DNA from: Raillietiella orientalis
Lineage: Eukaryota
Direction: 5' to 3'
Assembly (NCBI GenBank): GCA_036172245.1
Contig: JAYWIR010000065.1
Span: 186,001 to 250,000, forward strand
DNA length: 64,000 nt
Part shown: piece after piece, positions 26,861-39,440 of the stretch
How positions within the stretch are numbered: the first letter of the stretch is position 1
How the letters are laid out: every line of letters starts with the position of its first letter
Position numbers and translations under genes: made by a program
Notes under the pieces: generated by a model
Database searches by the model: none
What the model was told of the DNA's origin: nothing
The model's input: the letters and a program-made list of their open reading frames with translations, nothing else

Positions 26861-28449
26861 GTCAGTGCAGCCAAGATCCACAGCTAGAAACTGGTTGTTG
26901 GGTCGTCTTTAATGGTTTTCAGAGATGAGACGCGGTCGTTATGGAAGTCTCTCGTCACCAAAAAAAAAAAATCATCTTTTATTAAGGAGCCAAATGTGTG
27001 TTTTATGTTCCGTTCTTGTCCTCGTTCCAGATTTATCCTACCCGACGACTCGCGCGCAATCCAACTCTAGAACCGAGACAACCTCTCTACGAGAAGGCTC
27101 GTAATCAGGCAGCAGCTCCTACAAGAAATTCCTGTAATGTCTGCGCCCTAGATTACTTCCAGATTTCACGCAGATGCCATCATTGCGCCAGCAGTGTTTG
27201 TCTGTGGCATGGGTTTCCGCTTGCGTGGTCCATAATCCATAAATTATTAAACCGCTTGCAAAAGCAAGTACGGAGCATATTTTTTCCACGAATCAAGGGG
27301 AGCAATCCAGGAAGGATGATACAACTTTCTATATGAGCTGAGGACGAATCGTCGGGAGAGACGCTCGATGGAAGAGGTGGATGACACTTCGTGCTCTCTG
27401 TAAACTCGGAGCGGACTGACCGGACAGCAACGGCACCTAAGACTCACCGAAAGCCAATCCGGACAAAGCTGGATCAGTGAGATGAGAGATTCTCTTGCGA
27501 TGTAGGGATTCCTCGGAGAGGCAACCACGTAACATTTGAAGAAGACGCCATCTGGGGAGATGAGCGCGTTGCTACTATGCTCGAGTCACAGTCGATGTGT
27601 CCCAAGAGCTGCGGGGGCAGTTAGAACTGTGCACGACATTCCAGAGGGCGCTCATGCTCTTTGAAATCTGTAGGATCCGCGAACAGCTCTGCTTCCGGAG
27701 AGACCCACCTACCGACGGGAGGAAACAAGATCCAGTCTTTCTTGCTGCCTCTATTTCTATTTCCTTGAACAGAAAGGAGCTTTTGGAGCGCTACCAGTTC
27801 TCCGCGAGCACCATGACGAAGCACTAAATGCCATGCGATCCGAGTGGGTGGGATGATGAACGAAACCAGTAGTGGCCGGCTCTGAGGTCTTACTAAGCAA
27901 CAACGATCTCAAAAACTGTATCATGGGACGCTGTGGAAAGAGTGGTCACCTGCAGCTCGATCTCGGAAAGCAACGTCCGAATCAAGTGAGCACAGCTCCA
28001 GACCAGCAGCTAGCCTGGTTTCTCTGAGAAGACAAGCAGCGAGTTCTCTGTGGTGCACGGACCTGTTAGTGTTTCCGTGTTTACGGAAGTGCCCCGTCTC
28101 TATATTGCGCTATGGCTGATTTCCCTATGTTTGCCTAATCCTCCTACCGTTTTCCCGCGTTCCCGGTTGCTTCGGCATCTCGCTCTTGGAGAAAGCTGAG
28201 GTCCCGCATTTCGGATTAATTGGGTCGCTGTTCCCTAAAAGGGTGGTGCTGGTGCTCGGAAAGGACGCGAGGTGCTCTTTCGTCGAAGCGCATCGTCGCT
28301 TTCTGCAAACACGTAGCTCAGTAAAACTGACGGATGATTCTTTAGGATGTGCTCGGCGGCGAGTGAAGGACCACGAAGGAGGACTACGAAAGAAAGAGGC
28401 CGAAGGAGAAGAAGGAAGTAGGTCTGAGATCCAACAGGATCGAACCACT

Positions 28450-30300
28450 TGGAGGATGCTGGAAATCTAGAAAAGATCTCAGCTCAAGAAAGGCAGATTT
28501 TAAGGTGTCTGGAGCGACCGAATTCATCCTACTCGACCCTTTTTGGGAGAGGTGCTGCTCCAGAACCTGGGGATGCTGAAGACAGTCCCGTGAGTTTCTG
28601 CAGGAGTTCAGAGCTGCTAGTTCAGCAGCTGCACATGAATGGACCGATCAAGGATGAATTCTTCTAAGAGGAACCTGTTTTTCCGGTTCCACCCCCCATT
28701 TCATGACTTTCCCCGAGAACACGTCTTGGATGCATGCAGACTCGTCTTCCCGATTTTTAGACGAAGTTCTCATGTGAGAAAAGCAAGTCTTGAGTGCTTT
28801 CCTGGAATGCTCTCTTCGTTTTGTCGCTGGTCGTTAGCTCACTGGCAATTGTCCATCCTGGACACAATGAAATATGATCCAGCAATGGCTGTTCTGGACT
28901 CTGGAGCTCTCCATGCCTTTCTTCGTGATGCCTGTTGCTGCACGGGAGATCTCAAGTTCTCCGAGAAATTCCTCTTTTTTCGAGTTTCAAGGATCCGGCA
29001 ACAAATGTTCCCACCAGCGCTGCTCTGTCGGAGAAGAGGAGACGGATTCTCTTTTGTTCTGCCATCCAGGTGGACCGGAAGATGCTTTAACTTGACTTCT
29101 CCAATTTAGCTTATGTATCGGACTCCCAAATTATTATGGTGGGTGTCTTTTGTCGAGCCTAGGAGTGTCGCAGCTCCCCAATGGAAACGCAGCTCCGGCG
29201 TGCGCTGCCCTCCCGACAGCACACGGACCTGCTCCTCGAGTGTAGGTTCCTGGCAGAAGGTCGGCTTTTCCCATGCCGACCTGTTCAGGAAGGTGTTCCG
29301 GAACGACGGACAGAACAGTGCAAGATATGGCCGACGAAGTGCGGAAAAAAATAAGCACATCACTTCTGAGGAAATAAGCTGCTCCAACTGCTTCCAGTAC
29401 GCTCCCTCAAAGTGTTTTCCTTGGAAGCATGTATGGGTGGCTGAGAACAGGTGCGAAAAACGAACAGAAGATTGGACAGCGTCTTCTCTCGAAGGGAGCA
29501 AACTGTATTCTCTCTGGGTCTCTCTTTTTGCCCTGCTTCTTCCAATGTTGTCACCGAGTTCCTGCATGAGTAGGCAGCCTCGAACGTGACGACTCGACCT
29601 TCGTATTGGAGCACCAGGTCAGTCCCCGAAGTCTCTAGTTGTCTCCCGGGATTGTCTGGCTGGAGGCATGGACTCCCATTCCTCCGGAGTCGCTTCCATG
29701 ATGAAGCTGGAAATGCCACTGCTGGTGAGGAAAGTGGAATTTCTTCTCAGTCGGCAATTGAGAAGGAGCCCCGAGGGCTCTTCTATCCTGCGCATTTTAT
29801 CCGCCCATTTCCTGCGGACGCATGTTGTGACAAAGTGAATGGTAACAGCATCCTCAAGAGTTCCAAAGATTCGATGTTGTAGATCAGCTCCTGCGTTGCC
29901 AAAAGAAAAAAGGTGGCTCTCTCTCCAGCAGTATTCCGACTCTTGTATTTTCCTACTCATCCACAGGGAATGCATCTGCTCTCAAGAAGTGCGCGTCTTA
30001 GTGATTCGCCATATGATTGGTTGATCAGGCTAACAACTGAACACTGAAGGTGTTGGTTAAAGATAGCGAAGCAAAGCTCTCCGTAACATTCACGTGTGGG
30101 TCTTAACATCTTCAAGCCAGTTGTCGTCCCCTCCAGTTTCATCATCCTTCAATGGCGAAACCTCGATTTTGTTGTTGAGTTCGCTGCTCATGGGGGCTCG
30201 AACCCAACAGCTGTTCTGTTTTTTTTTTTTTTCTGATGACGAGGCCACACTTTCGGGACTCCCACTGCCGGTTTGCTTAGCTGCTCTGTTTAATCGGGTA
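28450..30300 (-). mobile_element. Second decayed Penelope-like element
   Basis: LFSATHTCFQGKHFEG...LISSEVMCLFF resembles TYFxFxGxxYxQxxG..SPxxANLFM, with downstream GTVFSIP (GIY-like). Confidence 0.35.
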
Positions 30301-32459
30301 GAAACGCTTTCTTGTGCTATCGAATGATGACGGATGCGGAAAGAAGACCGTGTCATTTGCTCAAGGACAATTTCCACTTCTGAATTCTATTGGATGCTTG
30401 TAAAACACACACAGAAAAATCGTTGTACCAAATTTCCTACGGAGCGTAGAATTTTTTTCCTCGAAGCAACAGAATACTAAACAGTGATGATAATCTACCG
30501 ATTAATTCTCCCTGATTAGTCACGAGAGAAATAGACGAAGAAACTCATACTAATTAGAAGAAGTGACCGAGATGAATGGATTCTCCTTCATCAGTGCATC
30601 AAAGAAATCTCGTCTGAAACAACAGCCTCCGTGAAATTAAAGCACGTTGCAGAACGCTCCGAGGAGGTTGTGCGTGAAACAATTCGAGGCATTTCTTCCA
30701 GGCCGAAGATGCTTTCAAGAAGAATGTTTGCTCATGCTGTCTGGCTCTTAACTCTTCAGCGTGATCTTTCTCATAAGAGAGGAACGAAAAGATACATTCC
30801 AAAGATTTAAACGGAAATCAAAACCGAATCCAGGATGATCCGGGAAATCCACCCAAAGCTCGTTGCTGACCCTGCAAATCCCTTGGAGGAAAAGGTCACG
30901 TTCCCGACTTTGGTTTGTGTTCGTCTATGTCACCAGGAAAATGGTACAGCGTGCCAGTGAGCAGCAGCGCCATCCTGTGGTCTCACTGAGAAAAGAATGG
31001 CTCTAACCTGCAGATGCTTCGCTTTAATGTTTCCACTCGAACCACAGATCCTATAAGAAGAGCCATTAATTCAGTAACGCCGGTTAGCATTAATTCAGTG
31101 TTTCCAAACTTTATACAGTAACAAGCCTCTCCGCTCAGCAGACACTCGATATTCCTGTTGCCAGCCCAATGCGTAAAGATAGAACTGCTTTTCCGTGTTC
31201 CCTTCTGCAATCAGCAAATGTTTGATTTCCGTGTATTAGCAGTGTATTTGCAGTGCGCCCCAAAACAGTGCAGGGAGTTCTGTAGTTAACCTTGCACTTC
31301 GAGGATTCTAACTAGTTCACCCCTGATGAGCAACCAGAGTGAACAAGTGCTTGCAGAGTTTCTGTTTTGAAAGGGGAACATCGTCTTCCCCTAAATAATG
31401 AACAACCAAAAAAAAAAAAGAAAGACGTTGCCCGTTCTGTAATCAGATCAATTACTTGGGGGACACTTCCCCAAGCAGGAAAGTAGTTTTCGGCAGGCAA
31501 GACTTTCTCATCGAAATTGGAACGTTTCGCCACTGTTTACCTACTGTTGCCAAGGGATTTTGCGATCTTTTAACCAGCTAATTGCGTTTCCAAGTAAGCC
31601 ATGCTTATCACTCTGGAATGCAAGCATCAGCTGGTGGATTCCAAAGCGATCCTCACGCAAGCTCAAGTCGACAGAGAACGCAGAGAACGGAAACAACAGA
31701 AATTCAAAGATGAATGGCAGGTATGATACAGTCCTCGAGGACTGGATCATCCCTGGGACTGTCTTGTGAAGCAGAAATGGCAAGTGCCTAGAGACTGCTT
31801 TCTCGAGCTACCAGGGAGGATATTCTTTTATTTGCTTTGACTGTCGATGAAGACCAGAGAAAAGATCAGAGAACGTGGAAGACGAAGAAGACCAAAGGAA
31901 TGCTTTTTTTTTTTTCCGGTAGGAATCAGTTGCTTCTAGCACATGCGTTTCCTCACCTTGACAACTGAGTTGAGTGGACCGTAATCTCAGGCTCAGTGCT
32001 CAGGGAGCAGAATCCAAAGGTCACTCAGTCAAGGAGTGTCGTAAGGCAAGTTCTATACACAGAAGGATGTGGAAGACTGCTGACACGGGACCATCTTTTT
32101 GGACATAGAAAAGTACGAGAGAGAGCAGAGACTACTATCGAGCAGAGACTGCGCAGACGGAAACCATCCAGCTTTGTTATCTTTGTTGTAGTCGTTGCAT
32201 AGGGGAAGATAGTGGCAGAGAGAAGATGCAAGCTTCCTTCATCTTTCGGAACCCCTAAGCGAAGTGGATGAGTTGAAACTCCTAAAATGAAGAATGGACC
32301 ATTATGAAACGGCTGCCGGCTCATCTCGGCTTGCCGGTCCACCTATCAAAAAGGAATCAATAAGAAAGGAAAGGGCGGGAAATGGGCCTACAGTTTGAAA
32401 AGTAGGTTGATACATGATGGCGGTGCTCGGACGTCCATTGCTCAGGACGAGTAGGTCCT

Positions 32460-33720
32460 TAGGGAGAAGAGGCATCCTCACAATCGGAAGGAGGCAGCCC
32501 GTCTACCAGGTTAGCTTTGTCGGGTGCAGCACTAGGGGGCTCAGCCCATCCACGTAGCACGAACCGAGCCCGGTGGGAAGGCCGTCCTTTCCTGGAGCTG
32601 CTTTCCTCTTGAGCTTTGCGGCAGCATCGGGATTTTCGACCACTGCGGTAGGCTCCTCGATGCTTGCGCGCTGCTTCCGTATTCTGGGAGAACCTCTCGG
32701 AAGCCACTGCCTCATGAAGACCTGCTCCAACAGTTGCACACAAAGAGTCGTAGTGCCTCACCGGGGGCCAGTAGGTCCCGACAGGATTTGTACAGCCGTC
32801 ATAGAGCCCTGGACCACCCGTTCTCCCTCTCGGACACAGAGCGGTTCCTCGCGCATCTTCGAGTGTCCGCACGCCGGGAGAGAGGGAGCCCGTAGGAAGG
32901 CGCTGCTGCTGGGGACTGCTTTCTCCCACCCCCCGTAGCTGACAGGCGGTTGGTGGGCCGAGAAGCGTCGTGGACTTTGTGGGTAGAGAAGCCCCCCAAC
33001 AAGCTGCGGAGGACTTTCTTCGCTTCTGAGAGTATTAGCCACCTACGCTCAGCGGTGCGCCTTCCTAGTCAAAGAAGCTGCAGCTCGATCCGGGATCATC
33101 GGACTGCGCTGGCCTTTGCCTGATCCTGCGTCTCATCTGCAAGCACAAGTGGTCCCCCAAGGCGCCGTGGTCAACGAGGTGTCCTCCATCCCAGGTTCGC
33201 GGATCGAAGAGCCGCCTGCGTTAAAGTACGCTTGCAACTCGTCGACCTCAGGCTGCTGAGCTCAAGCGTCCGGTTGCAGGCGGACCCGTCACAGTTTGCA
33301 TCCACACACCCGCGTCCAATGATAAGGGCGTGCAACGTCAACTCCTGCCTCTCAGAGGGGAGGGTTCCACCGTTCCAAAACCCCGGGGGCCACTTCAGGT
33401 CCTCCGGAGAGATTGCGAGCAGCTCTACCCAGCACAGGAGTCCTTTGAGTGGAACACTCGGGGTCGCAGCGTCCTTTAGCTCCCGTGTTGCCCGTATCCA
33501 GAAGTTTCTCTTTTGCTGCAATGCAGCACATGACTTCCTACCTCGCTGTCTCTTTCTTCCCTTAGGGAGGTCGACACTGGGGCAAGGAGGCTAAACGAGG
33601 CCCACAACACCTTGCGTCGGTTGCTGAGGATCTCCTGCAGCGACCGGCGAGCGTTCCTGCCATGCTGCAGACAGGCGAAGTCCGCCTCGCTCCGAACCCG
33701 CCTTGGCGTTGAACTTTCTC
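32460..33720 (-). mobile_element. Decayed L1-like ORF2 fragment (APE to start of RT)
   Basis: IEEPTAVVE...KLKRKAAPGKDGLP...YVDGLSPL is the conserved pre-RT KAPGxDGLP block; upstream FSAHQPPV (SDH-like) and SLQE. Confidence 0.6.
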
Positions 33721-33738
33721 TATACGTAAACGGATCCC

Positions 33739-33777
33739 TGAACCCGACCTAACTTTGTCGAGGTAAGGTCGGGTTCA
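33739..33777. repeat. 12-bp perfect inverted repeat (hairpin)
   Basis: TGAACCCGACCT-N15-AGGTCGGGTTCA. Confidence 0.85.
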
Positions 33778-35136
33778 TTGCAGGGTTTCTGACCCACATC
33801 ATTCCTCTTGTCTTCGGAACTTTACTCCGTTGAACCAAGCCTGCCTCCTCGAGTTTCGGCGCTTTGTGGGTCCAAAGGCTTTTCGAAGACTCAAGCATGC
33901 ACGTGTGTCCTCTTGTTGGAAAGCGTTCCTAACCGGCTTATCCAGTAGATGTCACCGATACGTTGGACAACTTACTGAGACGCCATTCCATGTTCCTCTC
34001 GAAGAAGAGGAGGTCCGTTTTGAAAAACCTGAAGCGACAAACAGAGTCCACCCTTTAGGGTTTGCTAACGAGCAGCACTCAAATCGTAGGTTTTGTCAAC
34101 TGTGGGATGATTTCAGAACTCAAAATTCATTCGATTTAAAACATTTGCACATGTGCCTTGCATCTGTACCGGCTGGCAGTAACGACGAATTAGTGTGCTG
34201 CAGCATGGAAGGAAAGGGTTGAGACTTTCAGTGCATTAGCTTTTATCACTTTTCATTGCCCTCTAATGACTGATAATAAGATCTGATGCACTGATTGCGC
34301 TGCTATCCACGAGACCTAAATCAAAAGTGAGATTAAGGCAGAGTATCCTCATGGAAAGTGTTTCACGTTTATAGCAGAGGAAAAGTGGTGTTTTCCTTGG
34401 CACACCTATGAAAATGCATCCTCATAGGTTTTGACCATGAAAAAGGTCAACAAAGAAATCAGATGTGAATCAAATAAATGAACACGATGTAAAGGACTTA
34501 CACAGTGATGACTCGTGAAATGGCATAAAAATATCCCCACACTCCTTCAGCTACAAATTTTAGGAAATTTATTTTATTATAATTCCTCAGCGGGCCAATC
34601 ATAGCGTCTCTGGTCACGCATACAAAGGGTCAAGTAGACTCAAACCAAGGATGCCGCGTCCAGATAGCGAGCCCGCCTCTTCCGGCACGCCCACCAGGAA
34701 ACGATCAAGAATTCTCCTCCCAGAAAGTCATCAATCTTCGAAAACACAAGCAACCGTTAGCTTCATCTGTGACGAGTAGTTCTAACAGGCTCGCTTGCAT
34801 GATTCTGGGCGCCATTCTTTCAATAAAATACAAGCGCTCCTCATAATGCATGGGCTTTATCCCGTCTGCCTCCCGTGATCGAACACAACATGTGGCAACA
34901 CAGCACTCTGTGTTGTAGAGGGATAAATGCATGCTGCTCTTCCCCAACAGGTAAGCCCTAAGGGACAGACTTGCTCTTGTGTTCACACGAGCAAAAGCAC
35001 ACGTAAAAGTAGTTCTCTTTAGCATTCGTCTCTTTGCAATGGCTGCACAATCTCCGTTTTCAAGATGCACACAATCAAAGGCTCAGAGATTTGTGAATCT
35101 TCGAGAATAGTTGAGCTCCACGTCTAAGATTCCAAG

Positions 35137-35169
35137 CTGATTTTGTGATTTGTGACATCACAAAATCAG
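35137..35169. repeat. 13-bp perfect inverted repeat (hairpin)
   Basis: CTGATTTTGTGAT-TTGTGAC-ATCACAAAATCAG. Confidence 0.85.
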
Positions 35170-37739
35170 ATTAGAATGACAGATGAGCTTAGAATGACGT
35201 GCTGAGGAGCTCGCTTTAAATAAATGACTATTTTTTTCACATATGGAATATGGAACAGATATTTCTGTCCCTGGAAGCTCCTGAACACTGCAAATCGTCA
35301 CAAATTCATTGTGCCAGTGTTCCAGATCACAGTTCAGTACAAGAGCTTGGGATCCTCAACTTTTCTGGAGTTTTGTGACATCTGAGACGTTGACATTGTT
35401 TTCGTAAACTAATCTTTGAGTCTTTCTATAGTAGTCCTTTTTTTTTTTTTTTGAAAAAAAGAAGATCTCTATTAGCAATGGACAAAGGAATTCTCATAAG
35501 GGTAGTCGAGTAGCTAGCAAAATGAGATTTTTCTGTTCCACTTCGTTCCCGTGCTAAAATTGCGTTTCGAACACCTCAGGGCAGTCAATAGGACAATAAT
35601 AATAGAAGCCAGACGAAATTTAATCCTGCTTTGAATACTGATTCCGGGGAAAACTACTGCAAGGAGAACTGAAGCTACTGCGAAAGCTGGAAAGGGCTGG
35701 AAGCTCCACGGAAAATTTTCCTTACCAAGAGAATTCACGAGATTCCAGCGTGAGAATGGCGTCCAGGAGCACACTGTGAAGCGTGGTTGAAGTGGAAGCT
35801 TCCTCATTTTACGGGAAGTGGGATGCTTTAATGAAAATTCAGAAAAAAAGTGGTAAGATAGAGTTCTGTTCTCTGCCAGGCATTCTTAATATGGAGTAGG
35901 CGGCTGCCCCCAAAATTCAAGAAACTGCGATACAAACTGCGAAACTGCTATCACTTGAAGCTGAGCATTCAAGTCCTCATGAGAGGATGAGAACTTTTAA
36001 TATGCATCGAAAACACTGATAGTGTGCTCTGAGGTAAGGGAAAGAACGGGGGTTCCTCCGCAAGAGGATGGCGAGCTCTGAGACGGTGGCAGCGGTGTTA
36101 CCCTCCTTTTTCTGCCGTAGGCGGACGGTTGGAGAAAGGGTACGGGGCATCCAGGCGCGCCACAATCCCTCGTGGTGTTCACTGTGGCCCGCCGGTGGAC
36201 GCGCCCTTCAGTTGCCGCTACCGCCAGCTATGCAGGCCTCCCACTTCCTACAGACAGCATCTCACGGACGGCCCACTTTAGCTGTTTACTTTATTTCGTG
36301 GTTGGAAACCGATGTCGGCAGGAGGGGGCATTTATAGATGACAGCTGAAATGAGTGTCATGCCTGAGTACAGCACAACATGCTGAGAAACCTGCATCAGT
36401 ACCACCAGAGCATGCAACGGAGCAAGAAAGAAAGCATCGGTTTCGGAATCCAAAGGAAGAATCATCTGATGATGGAGCATTTCCTTTTGATTATTCCAAG
36501 CAGTAAATCCATGGCGTAAGGAACAACTCTAGGGAGTGCTAAAAGAGAAAATGATTTCATTGCGTGAGAAGCTTTGAATTCGCTTCAAGACTGATCAGCA
36601 GAATGAGTCACATGGCAATGGTCTCTCGAGTGTGTGAGGTCGGATAGAAAACACAACACTTCTGTGATTAAAACACGTTCTAAAGAAGTAACTTTAGCGT
36701 CGCAGCAAGTTTCATCATGGGCTCTTTATTGAGAACTCCAGAGGAAAGATACACTGAGTGCAACCGGTGACTCCCCTAGACTGAAGTACAAGAAACGTTT
36801 CTTACCTCGTAATGACTGCTTCGATCTGAAATTCCGTTAGGAAAAAAAAAAAAATAGACAAGAGATCCCTTTCCACGCAGCATCTGTTGGACAATCCAAT
36901 TCTCATGAATCACAGCATCAACAGAATGGTTAGCTCAAGAACTGGAAAAGTCTTACCGTGACGGGCACGACGAATAATACGTCTAAGATGGGATTTGAGA
37001 TTTGCAATACGTTCAAGTCAAACATTAATCAGCTGAGTGCTTATTTGAGTCAATCGACTCTGCGGAAAAGAGAACAAAATCCTAATGGATTTTCGAAGAA
37101 TCTTGGTTTTGCAAGAAAAAAAAAAAGATATGTCTGATTAGAATGCTGATCAGTAGAGAATCGCGAGAAGATTCTAGAAACAAGGTGGGAGGGCATTGAG
37201 CGAAAATAAGAATATCGAAAGGAAAAAACTCGCATGATAATTTCTAAGCAAGCCGCTCGTAGTGGTATGTGTCACATACATATGAAAACAGCTCTGTATT
37301 TAGCAAAGTTCCCGATACAACCACAATGTGTTCATTCATTAATCGATTATGAAAACAAATCCAGAATACTGCATGAAGCGAGGATATTTGATTTTTTTGG
37401 ATAAGTGTACGAAGATGCATTTTTCGGATCTTGAAGCCTGTTTCTAGAACGATTTGTGGATGGTTATCCCAAAACCCTCTCAAATGGCTGATGCACCTCT
37501 TTATGATTCTTAAATGTGCCGAGGCACATGGAATTTTAAGAATACCACAGTTAAGAAACAGGAGATGCTCAGAAATCTCAAAACTTTGAACTCATCTCGA
37601 AGCCTCCACTTCAGTTACTGACGAACTTTCTCTTCTTTCAGAAAGAAAGCCATCTTCCTCTAGGGTTCGCCTCTTGTTACTCTACATGAATCTCGTATTA
37701 AATCTTTCATGTTTGCAGAAAAAAAAAAAATTATTAAAT

Positions 37740-37780
37740 GGATCAAAATGTCATCCATTAAATGGGTGATATTTTGATCC
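37740..37780. repeat. 19-bp fold-back palindrome with 3-nt loop and two G-T positions
   Basis: GGATCAAAATGTCATCCAT-TAA-ATGGGTGATATTTTGATCC. Confidence 0.9.
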
Positions 37781-38145
37781 GAGTCATTCGACAGTTTGCT
37801 TAGCATTCCAAAACAGCCAAGAATACTTTCTTAATCAATACTTTGTTCTGAACTTCCAATTAGTTCATTTAAATTACAGGAGCGTCGTGAAACTGAAGTT
37901 TCCAGATGTTCACAGGATCTCTGAATGAAACACATTGCTCGATAAGTTTGAAGTTCAAAGTATCAGAAGGCATCGGTCTTTAATTCACCTTTCAAGTCAC
38001 GAGAGTGTTGATCAGAATGAAGATACTTGTATGTGGGAACCCGTGTTGTATCCATGACAACACTTTTATCGGAAAGGACTATCTCATCCAACGTATGTTA
38101 ATCTGCTGAACCCTCACTAGCGATCAGAGTGGTAGGCTACTGGCT

Positions 38146-39440
38146 ATCGTTCGCATAGAGACGAATGTGAAGCCGGTAACTTTCAAGACCGGTCTGATAA
38201 GAATTAATAATATAAAAGAGGTGTATTTGGCGGCCCTCTACAAGGAAAATGTAAACTTTGATCGGGTGCAAGCCATCATCCCAAGCACCACGGGCTTCAC
38301 GGTCTATAAAGACTGTGAACAGCTGATCGAGGCCCTAATCGAAAAGGGCATTAATATTCAGGGGAGAATGGTGCGCGGCATCGGGGAGATGCCGTAAACA
38401 ACGGTGTTTCTCGGTGGTGTCTGCGTGACCACCAGCAAGCAGGCGGTTTGGTCCTTTTTATCTAAGTACGGGGAGGTTCTGGAAGTGGAATTCCGGAACT
38501 ACTCTGGAAAGGTGTTCTCTCGTGTTGTTGTGGCAAAAATCAAACTCTTCGAGGAGGCCCAGATTCCGGGACTAGCCCACATCGATGGAGATTCGCAGGA
38601 GGTGTATGTCAGGTATAGGCAACAGCCTGTCTTTTGTACCGGGTGCAAGCATTTTGGCCACAGGGTCAGTGCTTGTCCGAAGTCTCGGTGTTTCCGCAGC
38701 GGCAAGCAGAGGCACCAAGTCAGGAACTGCAACATGCCGGAGGTGTGTGCATTCTGAAAGGCGCCGGGGCACTCGAGGTGGTGCTGTCGTGAGTACGTCA
38801 ACTGGCGTACGATGCGTGGGCTCTCCCCTGTGAGGGAGAAAATTCAAGATGAAATGGCAAAGCCTCAAAAACCAACTGAGAAGCCAAGAAAGGCGAGGGA
38901 AGCCGTCCAAGTTTCGGCGGACGGTTTCGTTGAAATAAGAAAGAAGGGGAAGAGGAGGTTGCTCGTTAACTAAGAACCCTCCCAGAAGTCCGAACAGCAG
39001 GAAAATGCAGAGGAAGCGGAAGAACGGAAGTCAATGAACCCATCCCGGTGACGCAGACAACCCTGCAAATAACCGAGGAGGTGGTTAAGCTAACCGAGGA
39101 AGTCTGCCAGGAACCGACCGGAGAGCAACAGGAACAACTCCTGAAGCGTATCTGCGAGGTCCAGGAGGACATCAACCAACTGGTATAGGTGTCGTAGGGT
39201 GAAAAGCTGGGGAACAAGTTTTTCGAAGTCAAGGCGAACTATTGCGCGATGGTCAACCTGGAGACCCTCCCGCGCAAGATGGTCGCCAAGACTGAGCGCT
39301 CGACTGAGGAGGCTGACCTCACGGAATTCACCGGCACGGAGAGCGATGCCAGTAGCGAAAAGTCTGCTTCTTCCTCAGGGAGACTTCAACGGTCTCCCCG
39401 ACAGAAGGAGATAAGAAAGGCGAAAAATAAATCCCTTTGA
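38146..39440 (+). pseudogene. LINE ORF1 (gag-like; RRM-like region, three CCHC-type zinc knuckles, low-complexity tail), disrupted
   Basis: FLSKYGEVLEVEF, then YRQQPVFCTGCKHFGHRVSAC, CFRSGKQRHQVRNC and CAF*KAPGHSRWCC; several in-frame stops. The frame is already open at the 5' junction (IVRIETNVKPV) with no ATG. Confidence 0.85.

Noticed and set aside
30570..30600. Hammerhead ribozyme core (CTGATGA, minus strand); other CTGATGA sites such as 31323 and 58010
   Set aside because: No correctly placed GAAA or flanking stems.
34585..34700. CCAAT plus GC-rich promoter-like patch
   Set aside because: No associated gene; such short motifs occur by chance.
36030..36330. GC-rich island resembling an RT motif-4 region
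   Set aside because: Probably a TE scrap, but motifs are too eroded to call.
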